Below are positions 1-13,449 of a stretch of 64,000 nucleotides of DNA, in pieces. Within the stretch, counting starts at the first letter, position 1. Each line of letters starts with the position of its first letter. This DNA is from the human T2T-CHM13v2.0 reference genome, Homo sapiens. Location: the NCBI RefSeq assembly GCF_009914755.1, contig NC_060935.1. The stretch is one strand, 5' to 3'. The notes beneath the pieces are model-generated. The model was not told the origin of the DNA. It worked only from the letters and a program-made list of their open reading frames with translations, and searched no databases. The translations under genes were made by a program, and so were the position numbers.

Positions 1-404
1 ATGTAGCCCCAAATAAAATATATTAATATGTATATTAACAGATCTATTGAAGAGCAAGGATATACTACAAATTAGAATAAAATAAGAACATAATGTAGAT
101 ATGATAGGTTTCTTTCTTTAATCTATAAATCTAAGATAATAACTGTGAAAATACCCTTTATCCTAAAGTTTAAAATTTGGATATGATACACAGACAGAGG
201 AAGATAATTGTTTTTAAGGCCCATCCACCTCATATGAGAGCTGCCTGTGAAAGCTCTCATATGATGTACGCAGCTGAAGACCAGGAGCCAGAGAATCTTC
301 CAAATGGCAACGTCAATAGCAACTGCTATCTATAGTGGGGAATCTATGTTAAAAAATGTTTCTCACTTTTAAGCTGATATAGCTACATTATATAAGGAAA
401 GGAT

Positions 405-819
<415 letters not shown>

Positions 820-1165
820 CTACCATATATGTTATAGGTCATGATAAATGCTCTCATTTTAGAGCCTACGAATTTGAAATTAATTCATACACTAAGCACT
901 AGTAATAAACCTCTTCTTGTGTAACAAAAATCACAGAGAGAAGGGACAGTAAGAAAAATGAAGTCAACTATTTCTTAAGAAAAAAATTTGGCTTAAAATA
1001 AGGCTGTATTTCTAGTCCTTTCTTGTCTGAATGGAGACTACTGAGAGACAGGTAACCATCTGGTAAGAGTAACAAAAAAATCGTAGTATATATTTATAAA
1101 TACGGACAAGTCAGCTCTAAGCAGGGAACCCCAGTGGCATACCAATATGAATATTTCCCTTTTAC

Positions 1166-1276
1166 CTTATCGCAATACTGACAAAAGTAATCACGATTGG
1201 GTTTTATGATGGGTAGAGTTAACTCTGGCACCTCTTCTATCTTCATGTCTGGGTGTCTCTTCGATAAGTGATTTAC
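1166..1276 (-). CDS. PRDM10: PRDM10 zinc-finger exon ([12 protein letters not shown]...FCQYCDK), 111 nt
   Basis: CCCTTTAG|GTA acceptor, AAG|GTAAAA donor. Confidence 0.94.
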
Positions 1277-1887
1277 CTAAAGGGAAAAGAAAGAACCAAT
1301 GAGAAAAAGAGACCCCATTAACCAAACAGAAGCTACACGAATGCCTCTGATAATGACCGCCAGAAGCTGGAATTCTCTGAAGCAATGCCCCCAAATAATA
1401 AGGCATTTGGCCAGAACCAGGATCACCAGACCCCATCTGATGCCAAAGCACTCACAGTCATGGTTAACAGGAGTTAACAATAATTCACCAAACAATTGAA
1501 GGTGACTCACTGTGGTGAATTCAGCCATCAACAGTCTTTGGCTGAAAGAACTACTATTGGAAAAAGGAAAATTACACTGGTATGAATTTCTTTGGTGAGT
1601 TCTCCTCATGCAAACCTGTCTTTCATTATTTAATGCCCTAGTCTTACTAAGAACATGGAATGAGATACAGACTAAGGTTCTGAATTTTAAATATTGCTCT
1701 ATGACTTTCCAGCACCTGGCAGAAATATATTCTGCACCCGTAACAAGGTCAAAATGAGTTGAGAGCAGAGCACTGGCTGTCTGATGCTTCAGCTAACCTG
1801 GATGCACATACCCTGCTTTGACGGAAAGCTTCCTTCTACTGCTGTTTGATATCTGGAAAAGAGAGGCATTAAAAGGAAACAGCTGGG

Positions 1888-2238
<351 letters not shown>

Positions 2239-2577
2239 TCAGGGACACAAAAGAGGGAACTAAAATAAGGTGAGAGCAGAGATTGAGATGGGTAAAGAAA
2301 AACAAAAGTAGTAATGAAAAGTGATTAAAAAAAAAAAAAGAAAAAGAAAAAGACCTCTTACAAGAATTGATCCAAAAAGCAGCAAGAGAGAGCAAAGGGA
2401 GACTAGAAAAGACAGAACTCCAAATTGGGAATCGTTTGCCTCTGTTTCTTCCCCTGGACATTGACAAAACCATTGATCGATATAACTTAGGACACAATGC
2501 AACACAAACGTCACCATCATCGACAGCAATGAGGTATGCTGGGAAGACAGAGGAACCCGCAGCCACTGGGCACTGAC

Positions 2578-2757
2578 CAGCATGCCGCGCCGCCGGAAGC
2601 CCATCATGCACAGGCGGCACTTGAACGTGAAGCTGTCGTAGTCTGTGGACGTGATGCGGGGCTTGAACGTCTTGGAGCGGCTGATGCGGTCGGCTTTCTT
2701 GGCCTCCCTCTCAGGATTATGCATCCTCTGCATGTGTTCCCGTAGTTTGTCTTTTCG
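2578..2757 (-). CDS. PRDM10: PRDM10 zinc-finger exon ([13 protein letters not shown]...FRRRGML), 180 nt
   Basis: AAATAG|CGA acceptor, CTG|GTCAGT donor. Confidence 0.95.
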
Positions 2758-3108
2758 CTATTTGGAGAGTATTTTTGAAAACGGGGTAGACACGGGGGTA
2801 GAAAATTTTTAACTGAAGGGATCATTTTAAAAATCAATACAAATTAGCAGTCACCACAAGCCTCCAAGAGACATTTGAGTTGCTGGAACACTAGGACGCA
2901 GACATGTTAAAAGTGGCTGGGAGTTACTCTGTTCACTAGCAAATATGTGCATTCCAATGAACCTTGGTTTAAAATGACCATTAAATAGGAAAGATACATA
3001 CCGACTTTTGAGAATAAAGACTGTGCATTTATGTAGAGGAGATTAAAGAGAACACGGAACAAGCCTGGCATAAAAGAACTTCAGACAAATTGATAACAGG
3101 TAATATTA

Positions 3109-3413
<305 letters not shown>

Positions 3414-4849
3414 TGCCATGTGTATACTCAATTCCCACACCTTTCAGCAAACATTATATTTTTCTAAATCCCAAAAGAATTTAAGTAAGAATCTCTATCT
3501 TATGGATTTAGAACTTCTCACCTTACAGAATTAGAAGTTCAAGTAAACAAATCCATTGTTCACTATGATGGAGCATGGGGCCCAGGGCTCAGCTCCTGGT
3601 TTCACTATTTAGTGACACATGCTGATGTGAGTCCATGGAGAGAATCAGGCAGAGCCCATCCTGAATAAAAACAAAGTGCCAGCTCCCTGATCCAGTGAGG
3701 CTTTCTGCTCTGGGACACATGAATAAATTGTTATTAGTCCCATAAAGACTCTGAGGCTTTCTACAAATCCAGTTCTTCCCACCTTTCAGTACAGGGACTT
3801 TTTTAAGGACTTCATTTTTCAGCACATTTACTCAACAAATATTCCTTGAGGGCCTACCCAGTATCAGGGAGCAGGATAAGGGCCGAGCTCCAATGCTGGG
3901 CCTCCCTCACCCACCTGCCTCTTCTGCTGCAATGCATACGACCCAACTCTTTCTTCCTATCCCACCCGCCTTCATTTCTGGAAAGCCCAGGAGGGAATGT
4001 TCAGCGCTTTGTAGGCTACAGTAGGATTTGGATTAAGGACACTGCCCTACGTGACAGTATCTTTCTTTAGTGTGGATACAATGGCAAAGCACTGTTGCAT
4101 TGCCACTTTTTTTCTTTTCCTTTTCCTCCAACTCCTCTCGCATTCCCACTTTTTTCTAAGCATCAACATTCACTAGTTCCCGTCTATTCCCTTTAAACAA
4201 CCAACTGACCTTAACCGAATCATCACATAAATTTCAAAGCCTAACACAAATACCACACCATGCTATGCACATCGTGACGGGCACACATTTGTTGGATGCC
4301 AAATCTCCATGAGGCCTTTCCATCCTAACATCCCCCAAACCAAATCCGCTATCTGCCCCCACTCCTTCTGCCTAAGTCGTGCTTTTTGGTATCAGCGGTG
4401 TTCCCAAACATCTAGCCTCTCAAGCTGCAAATCTCCATTCCTTGCTGTCCACCCTTCCCCCTTCCACCCAAGTGCAAGTTCTTGTCAGCCTCCCATGACG
4501 CCTGTCTTGAACATGGCCCCTCTTCTCCACACCCACTGCCTCGGCCTGAATTAGCCCAGCTCTGAAACGCTGGTAAGTCTAATTACTTAGCACAGCGCGC
4601 TAGCTTAACCCGCTTCCCTGGCTTCCTCTTGCCACACCCTCCATCAGTCCCCTTCTCCCAATCTCCCGAACGTGGCATCACCACTCCCTGCTGCTCCCTC
4701 TGCTTGAGATGCCAATATTCCTCCCTCACTCCTCACCTCTCCCTTTCCCTAGCTGGCAAACTGTTTCCCACCCATGAATGGATTCAAAAGTGTCACCATA
4801 TCTATGAGGTCTCCCCTATACCCCAAATCAGTGAATCCCTCTCACAGCA

Positions 4850-5135
4850 TTTTTGAGATGGAGTCTCGCTCTGTCACCCAGGCTGGAGTACAATGGCATG
4901 ATTTCGCCTCACCACAACCTCCGCCTCCCGGGTTCAAGTGATTCTCCTGCCTCAGCCTCCTGAGTAGCTGGGATAACAGTCATGCACCACCACGCCTGGC
5001 TACTTTTATATTTTTAGTAGAGATGGGCTTTCTCCATGTTGGTCAGGCTGGTCTCGAACTCCCAACCTCAGGTGATCTGCCCACCTTGGCCTCCCAAAGT
5101 GCTGGGATTACAGGCGTGAGCCACCGCACCCGGCC
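4850..5135 (-). mobile_element. AluS
   Basis: Reverse-complement Alu dimer. Confidence 0.92.
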
Positions 5136-5672
5136 ACTTTATTCTTTTCTCTATTCTAGTGTGAGCTCCCTGAAGTTGGAAGGTCCCACCTTGACTTCAA
5201 TGCTGCCCTCATGGAGCTTATACTTAGCAGGACAGGCAAATGCAATACACAAATGCTATGACAGGGTCACCAGCAAAAGGCCCTGTGGGAATTGGTGGGA
5301 GAAGCAGCAGTTAATCCAGGGATCAGGAAATGCCCCATATGAAGTGACATTAGCCAGGTGAAGGAATATGACAGTTTGAAAATGCATTTCAAGTCAGGAG
5401 GAGGAGTGAGAGCAAGTGCAAAGGCCCAAGGAGAGAGAGTATGCCACACCTGGGTAAAGCTATGGAGTTCAGGTCACCCTGAGCACACGGGGAGGCAGGA
5501 ACCAGAGAGGCTGGCAGGAGCCAGATCCTGTAGCATCTTAGAAGTAACAAGAACTTCGGGATTTATCTGCGTGAAGAGCTATTTAAGAGTTTTTCAGAAA
5601 GGACATGACATCAGAGCTGTTCTCTAGAAAAATTACTCTGATTCTACTTTGAAAATATGCCAGGAAGGTAGG

Positions 5673-6213
5673 TGGTAGTGGTTTTGTGCTGGGTCAACTT
5701 GGCTAAGGGGAACTACATTTGAAGGGAGTCTTCTTCCCAGCATGGTTCCGAGTTGGGGTTAGCCAAAGAGAAACTCAGACCAGCCTGGAAGGTGGAAAGG
5801 AAGCAGCTCCGTGCTGCTCTAGACGGTGTCATGTAGAGGTACCTGTGGGTCCCTACTTATCCTCTCTTTCCCACCCAGCCACCAGCTGTCTTCCTGACTG
5901 CCAGCCCTGCTGGCCAGCTCCACATCCACCACCAGATGCAGTGACACAGTCTTTCACAGACCACACCAGCTCTCCTTCCTGGGCCCCTCTGCAGGAGGAA
6001 GTGCTTGGTTCCCAGATTCCCAGGTAACTTCCCATTTGACCACCCAGACCAGTACTTCTGTGGGCATACTGCTGACTTCCGACCTCCCAGCTTCTCCCTT
6101 CAACCCTCACTTCTCCATCTTCTCCTATAATTAAGTTCTTAGTCCTGTAAGAAAATCTTCTTCTGTAACATTCACAGTGGCTTTGCTTCCCTGATTGAAC
6201 TGTGGTTGAATAT
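5673..6213 (+). mobile_element. Old ERVL-type LTR (MLT2-like)
   Basis: Start GGTTTTGTGCTGGGTCAACTTGGCT and end GCTTCCCTGATTGAAC resemble ERVL LTR termini. Confidence 0.5.
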
Positions 6214-7286
6214 ACTGGGTGAAAGTAAAAGAGAAAATGAAAGCAAGCAAAGAAATTTTAAAGAAATATTCCAAGGTGTTAAAATATGGTATCTGGCACA
6301 AAATGAAAAATCAAAAAACACTGGCTGGATGGGATGGATGGATGGCCAAACAGTATCGCAAAACAGGAATCCTTTTAGATATGATTTTTTTTAAGAACAG
6401 AAAAATCCCAGACCTACTTATACTTTTCACACTGGAGTTCTCTACGGAATTCTAAATTGTGCTGTTATATATTCAAAGCCATTAAATTATATTCTATAAC
6501 ACACTTACCATAAAACCAGCTTTGCAAACTCTATTTCTCTTTAATTTCTTTGCATCTGTTACAAATATACCCTTAGTTTTCCTCTCCTGAATCAATTTCT
6601 GATTCTTTTCCAGTTTCTATGAGAGTGTGACCTACAATCATTTTCAGCAGAAGGTCTTCCAGTGACATTTTTGCAGAATCACCTTATTTCCCAATGAAGC
6701 ATATTTCATTGTTTTTACATTTATTTATTTAACTTTTATTTCTGGGTCCCCTGCAGGGTTTTGCTCGGCTTCTTCTAAGTTCCAGGTGGGTTACGGATAC
6801 TCATAATGTTTTAATCTTTGAGGTCATTAACATTCTCCAAAGTAGTCTAAGCCTTCTCAGCATTCTTCAGATTTCCCACCTGAATTAGATGAGCGTCCTG
6901 CTGGCTGCAAGGCTCAATTACGGGCTCTTATACTTCATCAGTGCTCAACAAAAACCTCCTGATCTGAATGTTAAGTAAAGGTTTTGGTCTGTTAGGAAAT
7001 CTCAATAGCGATTTAGTTATACTTGTCATTATACATTTGGATTCTTTTAGGAGATGATGCATTTTTACTCTACTTGTTTGGGGATTTGAATTAACTATTT
7101 TGAGGAAATGAGTAAGTTTTCCCCCTTAATTTTATAACTAAGTCAAACACAAGGCCCAAAGAGTATCTCAGGTCCAGTTCATCAGAGGTGGGTGATAAAC
7201 TGATGAAATGAACAGGCATTTACCCTCAGCTTGCTATAATTCCAGTGGCCACGAGAACCACCTTGGGCTGTGCCTTGGTGTCATAC

Positions 7287-7442
7287 CTTAAATTGCTTCC
7301 CACAGGTGGAACACAGGAAGTCTTTGCGGTCCGAATGCCGGAGCATGTGGAGTCGCAGTTTATCGGGGCGACAGAAGGCCTTGTCACACTCTGTGCACTG
7401 GTAGATCTTTTCTGAGTGGAAGCTGCGCACGTGTTTTTTCAC
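7287..7442 (-). CDS. PRDM10: PRDM10 zinc-finger exon (VKKHVRSFH...CSTCGKQFK), 156 nt
   Basis: ACCAG|GTG acceptor, AAG|GTATGA donor. Confidence 0.96.
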
Positions 7443-7680
7443 CTGGTGATAAGAACCACAGGAAAATTCAGGGGACGCAGGCACCAAATGAAATGACCAA
7501 AGGCAGCTTGTCAACGCTAGAGGGAGCCAAACGCATTACCATGGGTTTTCATCAACCCCGCCGAGGAATCCAATCAGATGTGATAATTGGCCTCAATAAC
7601 ACATACTGTCCCTGTCACAAAGAAATAAAACAAGTAGCCAGAAAGCCTTAGAAATCCGAACCTCCCCGATGACTTGAAAC

Positions 7681-7682
<2 letters not shown>

Positions 7683-7736
<54 letters not shown>
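7683..7736 (+). repeat. (GA)27 microsatellite
   Basis: Perfect dinucleotide run. Confidence 0.97.
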
Positions 7737-7739
<3 letters not shown>

Positions 7740-8924
7740 CTTGCTTGGTCAAAGCCCTGATCACTTGAAGCCCATTTTTTAAAGATAAAAAGCAAAAGTT
7801 CCTTTGGGTTTAAATGAAATCTTGCTAAAAAGGATCTATAGGAAGACAAAAACCAATTCTTCCTTACTTTTCTCCGTCTTTAATCTGCACAGAAGCAATT
7901 TAGCCCCTTTTGATCCTTTTACATCTTCTTATAAAATTAAGTTCTGAAGAATTAAAGACATGAATGAGTGGATACAGAAGACATTACCGGTTTGTGAGAG
8001 CAATATGACGCTGGCGTCACTTCTCAACTGGGACTTACTTCCCTTACTTTTAGATAAATAAAGGAATAGGGCTTCTGAACTCTCTTAGCCACACATATCC
8101 AATGAGAAAGAGCTGAGGATGGAAGCTAAGTAGTGAGTCTTACCAAACTATTCCTATAAGATAGTTTGCTTCATTATTTTTGGAGTTTCTTTTGCCATTA
8201 AATTATGCCTTAAAGCAATCTTTCTACTAGTTTGTGTGAAGTGAGAAAATTTCCAAGACTCTCAACACTAGCAGAACTAAAATTAAATCCCTAGTCTTCT
8301 TTTCCTTTGGTAATTGAAAAAGTGTATTTTTACAAAATGTTTCGTTATTCACTGACTAGCACAGGAAAATCTTATCACTTAAAGTCCAAATGAAATCATG
8401 AGTATTCTGAAATTTATCTTCACCCATTTTGCTCCAACAAAGAATACACTACAGGGGAGGAGGCAGTCGGTTCCTGATACAAAAGTATATTATATACCAA
8501 CTTTCTCTTTGTTTCCTTCCAAAATGTATGGCCTTGGTTAAAGCAAGCAGGAAACCACAGTAGTAGTAGGGAGATGTTCCCAGCCCCTCAGAAACGGGAG
8601 TATGTCTTCTACAGGCTCGGTATATTTTATAAGCAATAGACATTGACATGGATTATGAAAGACTTTTTAAAAATTATAATAGATCTGGGTGTTTATTACT
8701 TGTAACTTAAACACTTCAATGTCAATGTCTGATCTGGACAATTAAGGGTCATAATAATCTTGTGTATAAAAGTAGTTTGATTGAAGAAATATTGTTCTCA
8801 ATTGTAAAGTTGTTTCAAAGAAGGGATGGAAATGCAGGTGCTAGGCAGTCTCGGTTTTCCAAAAATCGAAGTTTCTTTTACCAAAAGAAGGAAGCAGACA
8901 GGAATCTCAGTAGTAGACACTCAC

Positions 8925-9272
8925 CTGGATAAAATCTGGGAACCGTTTCTTACAAGTTGGGCAGGTGAAGTAGCCATCATTGATATGAATGGCCACATGA
9001 TCTTTCAACAAATCAAGGCGGTCAAAGGATTCTGGGCAAAAAATGCAAGAGTAAGTCTTCTGGTCTGAGTGGAGCTTCATGTGGCTCTCCAAGGATGTGC
9101 TGCTGATGAAGCCCTTGTTACAGAGATCACAGGTCAGTGGGCAGTTCCCCTCCCGCCCATGGAAGCGTAAGTGCTGGTCCAGTTTGTCCTTTTCCCGGAA
9201 GGCCTTCCCACACTGCAAGCATTTAAAAGGCCGGAAGGACTTCCGAATAAACAGATGCTGAAGAGCTGCATT
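8925..9272 (-). CDS. PRDM10: PRDM10 zinc-finger exon (NAALQHL...FPDFIQ), 348 nt: three full C2H2 fingers and the start of a fourth
   Basis: TTTCAG|AAT acceptor, CAG|GTGAGT donor; ORF 8907..9299. Confidence 0.96.
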
Positions 9273-9799
9273 CTGAAAGACATACACAAATGTGATCATT
9301 TAGTGATGAAATTAAGAGTGCAACTGGATCACACTTTTACAGAGAAAGAGAGGATGATCTCTGCAATCACAGACTTCCCATAGAAGTTCAACTCTAGGAC
9401 ACACACAGTTGAAAGGAGATTTTTCTGGTGAAGACACTGAAAATGAAGCCATCCTCAAAGAAGCTCATCTTAAAGAGATGAAATTTTTTTGTGTTTTGTT
9501 TTACATCTATGTATGTGGGTTTTCTTTTGAAAGGGTTTAAGTAACAAAAAAAGTGTTCCCAATAGAAGACTTGTATAATAAAACAAATCCCACAGTGGAA
9601 CAGGATAAAAATGGAAGATTTGGAGGAAAAGACTTAGGTTAAGTCACACATGCAGGAATCAGGCTGGAGCAAGTCAGTCAAATGTTACTTGTTGAAATCC
9701 ATGAGAAAAAGAATTTGAAGCTTGATTAAAACATTTAGCAAAAACAAAACAAACAAACAAACAAACAAAAAAAACAATAAAAAGAACTGAAGGGTAGTC

Positions 9800-9985
9800 C
9801 TTGCCAGCGGCAGGATGGAGAAGGAAATGGATACCAGGTTTCTTTTGGGGGTAATGGATACCAGGTTTCTTTTGGGGGTGATGAAAGTGTGCTGGAATTA
9901 GAGAGTGGTGAAGATTGCACAGCTTCAGAATGTTCTAAAAACCACTTTAAAGGGTAAACTTTATGCCACGAGAATTTCTTGAAAG
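9800..9985 (+). mobile_element. L1M 3' fragment containing a 27-bp tandem duplication
   Basis: GTTTCTTTTGGGGGTGATGAAAGTGTGCTGGAATTAG is typical of an L1M 3' end. Confidence 0.7.
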
Positions 9986-10085
9986 GATTCAGATTTATGT
10001 GAATGGGACATGAGCACATGTCGTAAATGGAATATATGCATTTCATCACTTTCTACTTAGAAAACAGAAGGTAAGGTTCCAGAAT

Positions 10086-10356
10086 AGCTAGTTAGTTCTA
10101 CTGGTTAGAATGCCATGCTAACAACGTTAAGCTCATCACACTGTTCCTGCCTCGACCAGGCAATTCTGCTCTTTGTTTTCAGGCACAGATTGCACTTGTA
10201 ATGCTGATTGGCCATCTTGTAAATTCATGCAATTGTTATAGGGCATCCAAGTGGGAGAGTACGGGTACTCAGTGCAAACCCATCGCCACTACTGGAAAAT
10301 CTACTCATGCTCTACTGACAGCAGATCGACAAAATCACCTCACACAGAGAATGCAG
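10086..10356 (+). mobile_element. Ancient tRNA-Ile-derived SINE (MamSINE1-like)
   Basis: Degenerate tRNA-Ile head followed by a body containing CAGTGCAAACCCATCGCCACTACTGGAAAA. Confidence 0.7.
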
Positions 10357-10967
10357 AATCAATCTTTCAGTTATGCTTACAATGAAGACTCATTCATCCG
10401 TTCCTCAGAACACTGAGGGAAAGCTCTAGATTGCTACAAGGGGGGGAAATCCTTCAAGTATATCTGTGAATGGCTGTGCCTATGTAGCTACAAATGAACA
10501 GTAATTGAAGGATTAATGGAGATCTTAGTGCGATCTTAACTTCAAATTACTTGTAAGCATCAACTTTTAAACTAAATTTAATGTGAAATCATCATGTGAG
10601 GAAAACAAAATAATTATTTTTGATTTAGTGGAATTTCTAGACATAATTACTATGTAACAAGAGATTTCCTTCTCAGGGCTTCTCTAACCGGGCTAGGAGA
10701 AAGATTTTTAAGCTGCTACCTACTCACTTATCTTGAGTAGATAAACAGCAATTCTGTGATCTTCTTCAGCTGATGGGGCTGCTTCAGGGGATGTATCATA
10801 CTTTATTCTCCTTTGTATCCAGATCCCTTAATAAATTGCTTAGCTTATAGGAAGTCTTCAAAAGTAGTTTGAGAATCAGTGAAATATATTTCATATGAAA
10901 CTCAAAAAAATGATTTCAAGGATTTTTCTACAGCATCTGCAGAGATTTTTAAGAATAGGTCTTTCTT

Positions 10968-11262
<295 letters not shown>

Positions 11263-12139
11263 TCAGCCACAGGGCTTGCTTTCACTTCTGTGTAGTTCAG
11301 TAGCCACCTCATCTTTTTAACTCTGTCTGGATACTAATTTTACATAAAAGCTTTACTATTTTGTCCACTTTCAAAACTTTACGGAAATATTGCTGATGAA
11401 CCGATACTATTGTGAGGTTCAAAGATGCAAGATTCAGAGCACTTTTGCCATGTAGGAATCTTTTCCTTTATCCAAGTTCATTGAAGTGTCCAAGAACAGA
11501 CACAATGCACATTGACTGTGGTCCCACTGAGGATGCCATTTCTCCTTGGGTGCCAAATCCAGAACTCAGTTTTGTTTTGGTCCATTATGCTAATCAGTCT
11601 TCTGTCATTTCTGATTAGTGTGAGTACCTTCAGCCACTTGATTTAAACTGAGCCACCACCTGGCTCCACTTTCTTGGCTCTATTGACAAACTTTATCATC
11701 TTTTCAATTTCCATGGAGCCCTGAACATTGTCTGCACTCAAGAACTAGATTGTATTTCTCTGATCTAATGATACTAATGGGATGGTCATATTACAAGGTC
11801 GTAAAAATGCTGAAACTGTCCCCACCCGTTGACCCACTTGCAGGCCATTTCTGTTCTAAGGTGTCTTCTGTAGCTCAGAGCCACAACCCGTACACATTTC
11901 TAGAAGAAATCATGACAAATGTCGGAGAGAGCGCACAGATCCACTCTAGTTCTTCTGCTTCCTGAGTTCGTCAGGCAATCCACCACACTCTACATATATA
12001 TCAGCTACTCTAGGGATACCAAAATCGTATTGTTGCTAAATTCTGTGATTTGGAATTCAACTCACATTGCAATGAATTCTAAGACAACAGATTATTTGTA
12101 GACAGAGATCATAAAATGTTTCTAAAGTTTAGGGGGTTT

Positions 12140-12299
12140 GTTTGTTTTTTAGAGATGGGGTCTTTCTCCATCGCCCAGGCTGGAGTGTTATGGCATGATC
12201 ATAGCTAACTGCAGCCTCGACCTCCTGGACTCAAGCAATCCTCCCACCTCAGCCTCCAGGGTAGCTGGGACTTATAAGTACATGCCACCACGCCTGACT
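12140..12299 (-). mobile_element. Alu monomer (FRAM / AluJ right arm)
   Basis: Single reverse arm; TSD AAAATGTTTCTAAAGTTT. Confidence 0.85.
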
Positions 12300-12411
12300 A
12301 AAATGTTTCTAAAGTTTGATATTAATGGCTAAAAGAACCTAAATTATTGATCAATTTTCATATTATTTTAATCCTGACACAAAAAAGAAATCAAACAATC
12401 ATGTTTGTTGA

Positions 12412-12721
<310 letters not shown>

Positions 12722-13184
12722 AGTTTTGGGGTCTTTTAAACAACTTTCCTTTGGACAATTTTCTGCCCACTTTGAAAGCCTTTGGTTGGCCAGCCCTGCC
12801 CAACTCGGCTCACTCTGCACCATCCTTCCACTGCACCCCTGCTAGGGCCAGGCTCATGTCTGCACTGTCCGAACCACAGCAAGAACCTCCTGTGTCTGGG
12901 CCTCTGATCCTATGGCTATCATTCTCTGAAACAGTCTACCTTCCTCCTCTCTTTCAAGGGCTAGTCTAAGTCTCACCTTATCCAAGAATTATCCTGACTC
13001 CTCTATTTTACTTCAACCTTTCACTCTTCCAAGTTATACTTTTACATTTAACACCTAACTGTAAACTCCCCTACATTAGTATTGATTTCCTACTTAGACT
13101 GCAAGCTCAAGTGAAAATTCTATTGTGTACCTAGCATAGTGCCAAATAGACAGTTAGAACTCAACACTATTGCATAAGTCATTC

Positions 13185-13265
13185 CAATGGTTTTAGCGCT
13201 GGAAGGGACCTTGGAGATCACTTAGTCCTACCCTTCATTTTGTATATGAGGAACCTGCAGCCCAC
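13185..13265 (-). mobile_element. MIR fragment
   Basis: GGAAGGGACCTTGGAGATCA...CATTTTGTATATGAGGAA core. Confidence 0.6.
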
Positions 13266-13437
13266 AATTTATTCCTTGATCTATTTACAAATAAATTATC
13301 ATTATTCATTAATTTGCATTTACTGTAGCAACCAAACTGTGGTTTCCACCAGGATTTAGTAAGTACAGGTTGCAAAGAACAGCAGGTCAGGCAAACAAGT
13401 AACATTCTGTTATGTGAAACACAGGAAACAAACCTAC

Positions 13438-13449
13438 CTGCAGCTCCAA
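13438..13449 (-). CDS. PRDM10: PRDM10 alternative 12-nt microexon (LELQ)
   Basis: TTTTTCTCTCCTCTAATGCTGCCTGCTCAG|TTGGAGCTGCAG|GTAGGT; phase 0-0; matches the LELQ I recall in some PRDM10 isoforms. Confidence 0.85.

Noticed and set aside
10086-10155. Possible tRNA-Ile gene
   Set aside because: The B-box and acceptor stem are degenerate and the sequence continues into a SINE body
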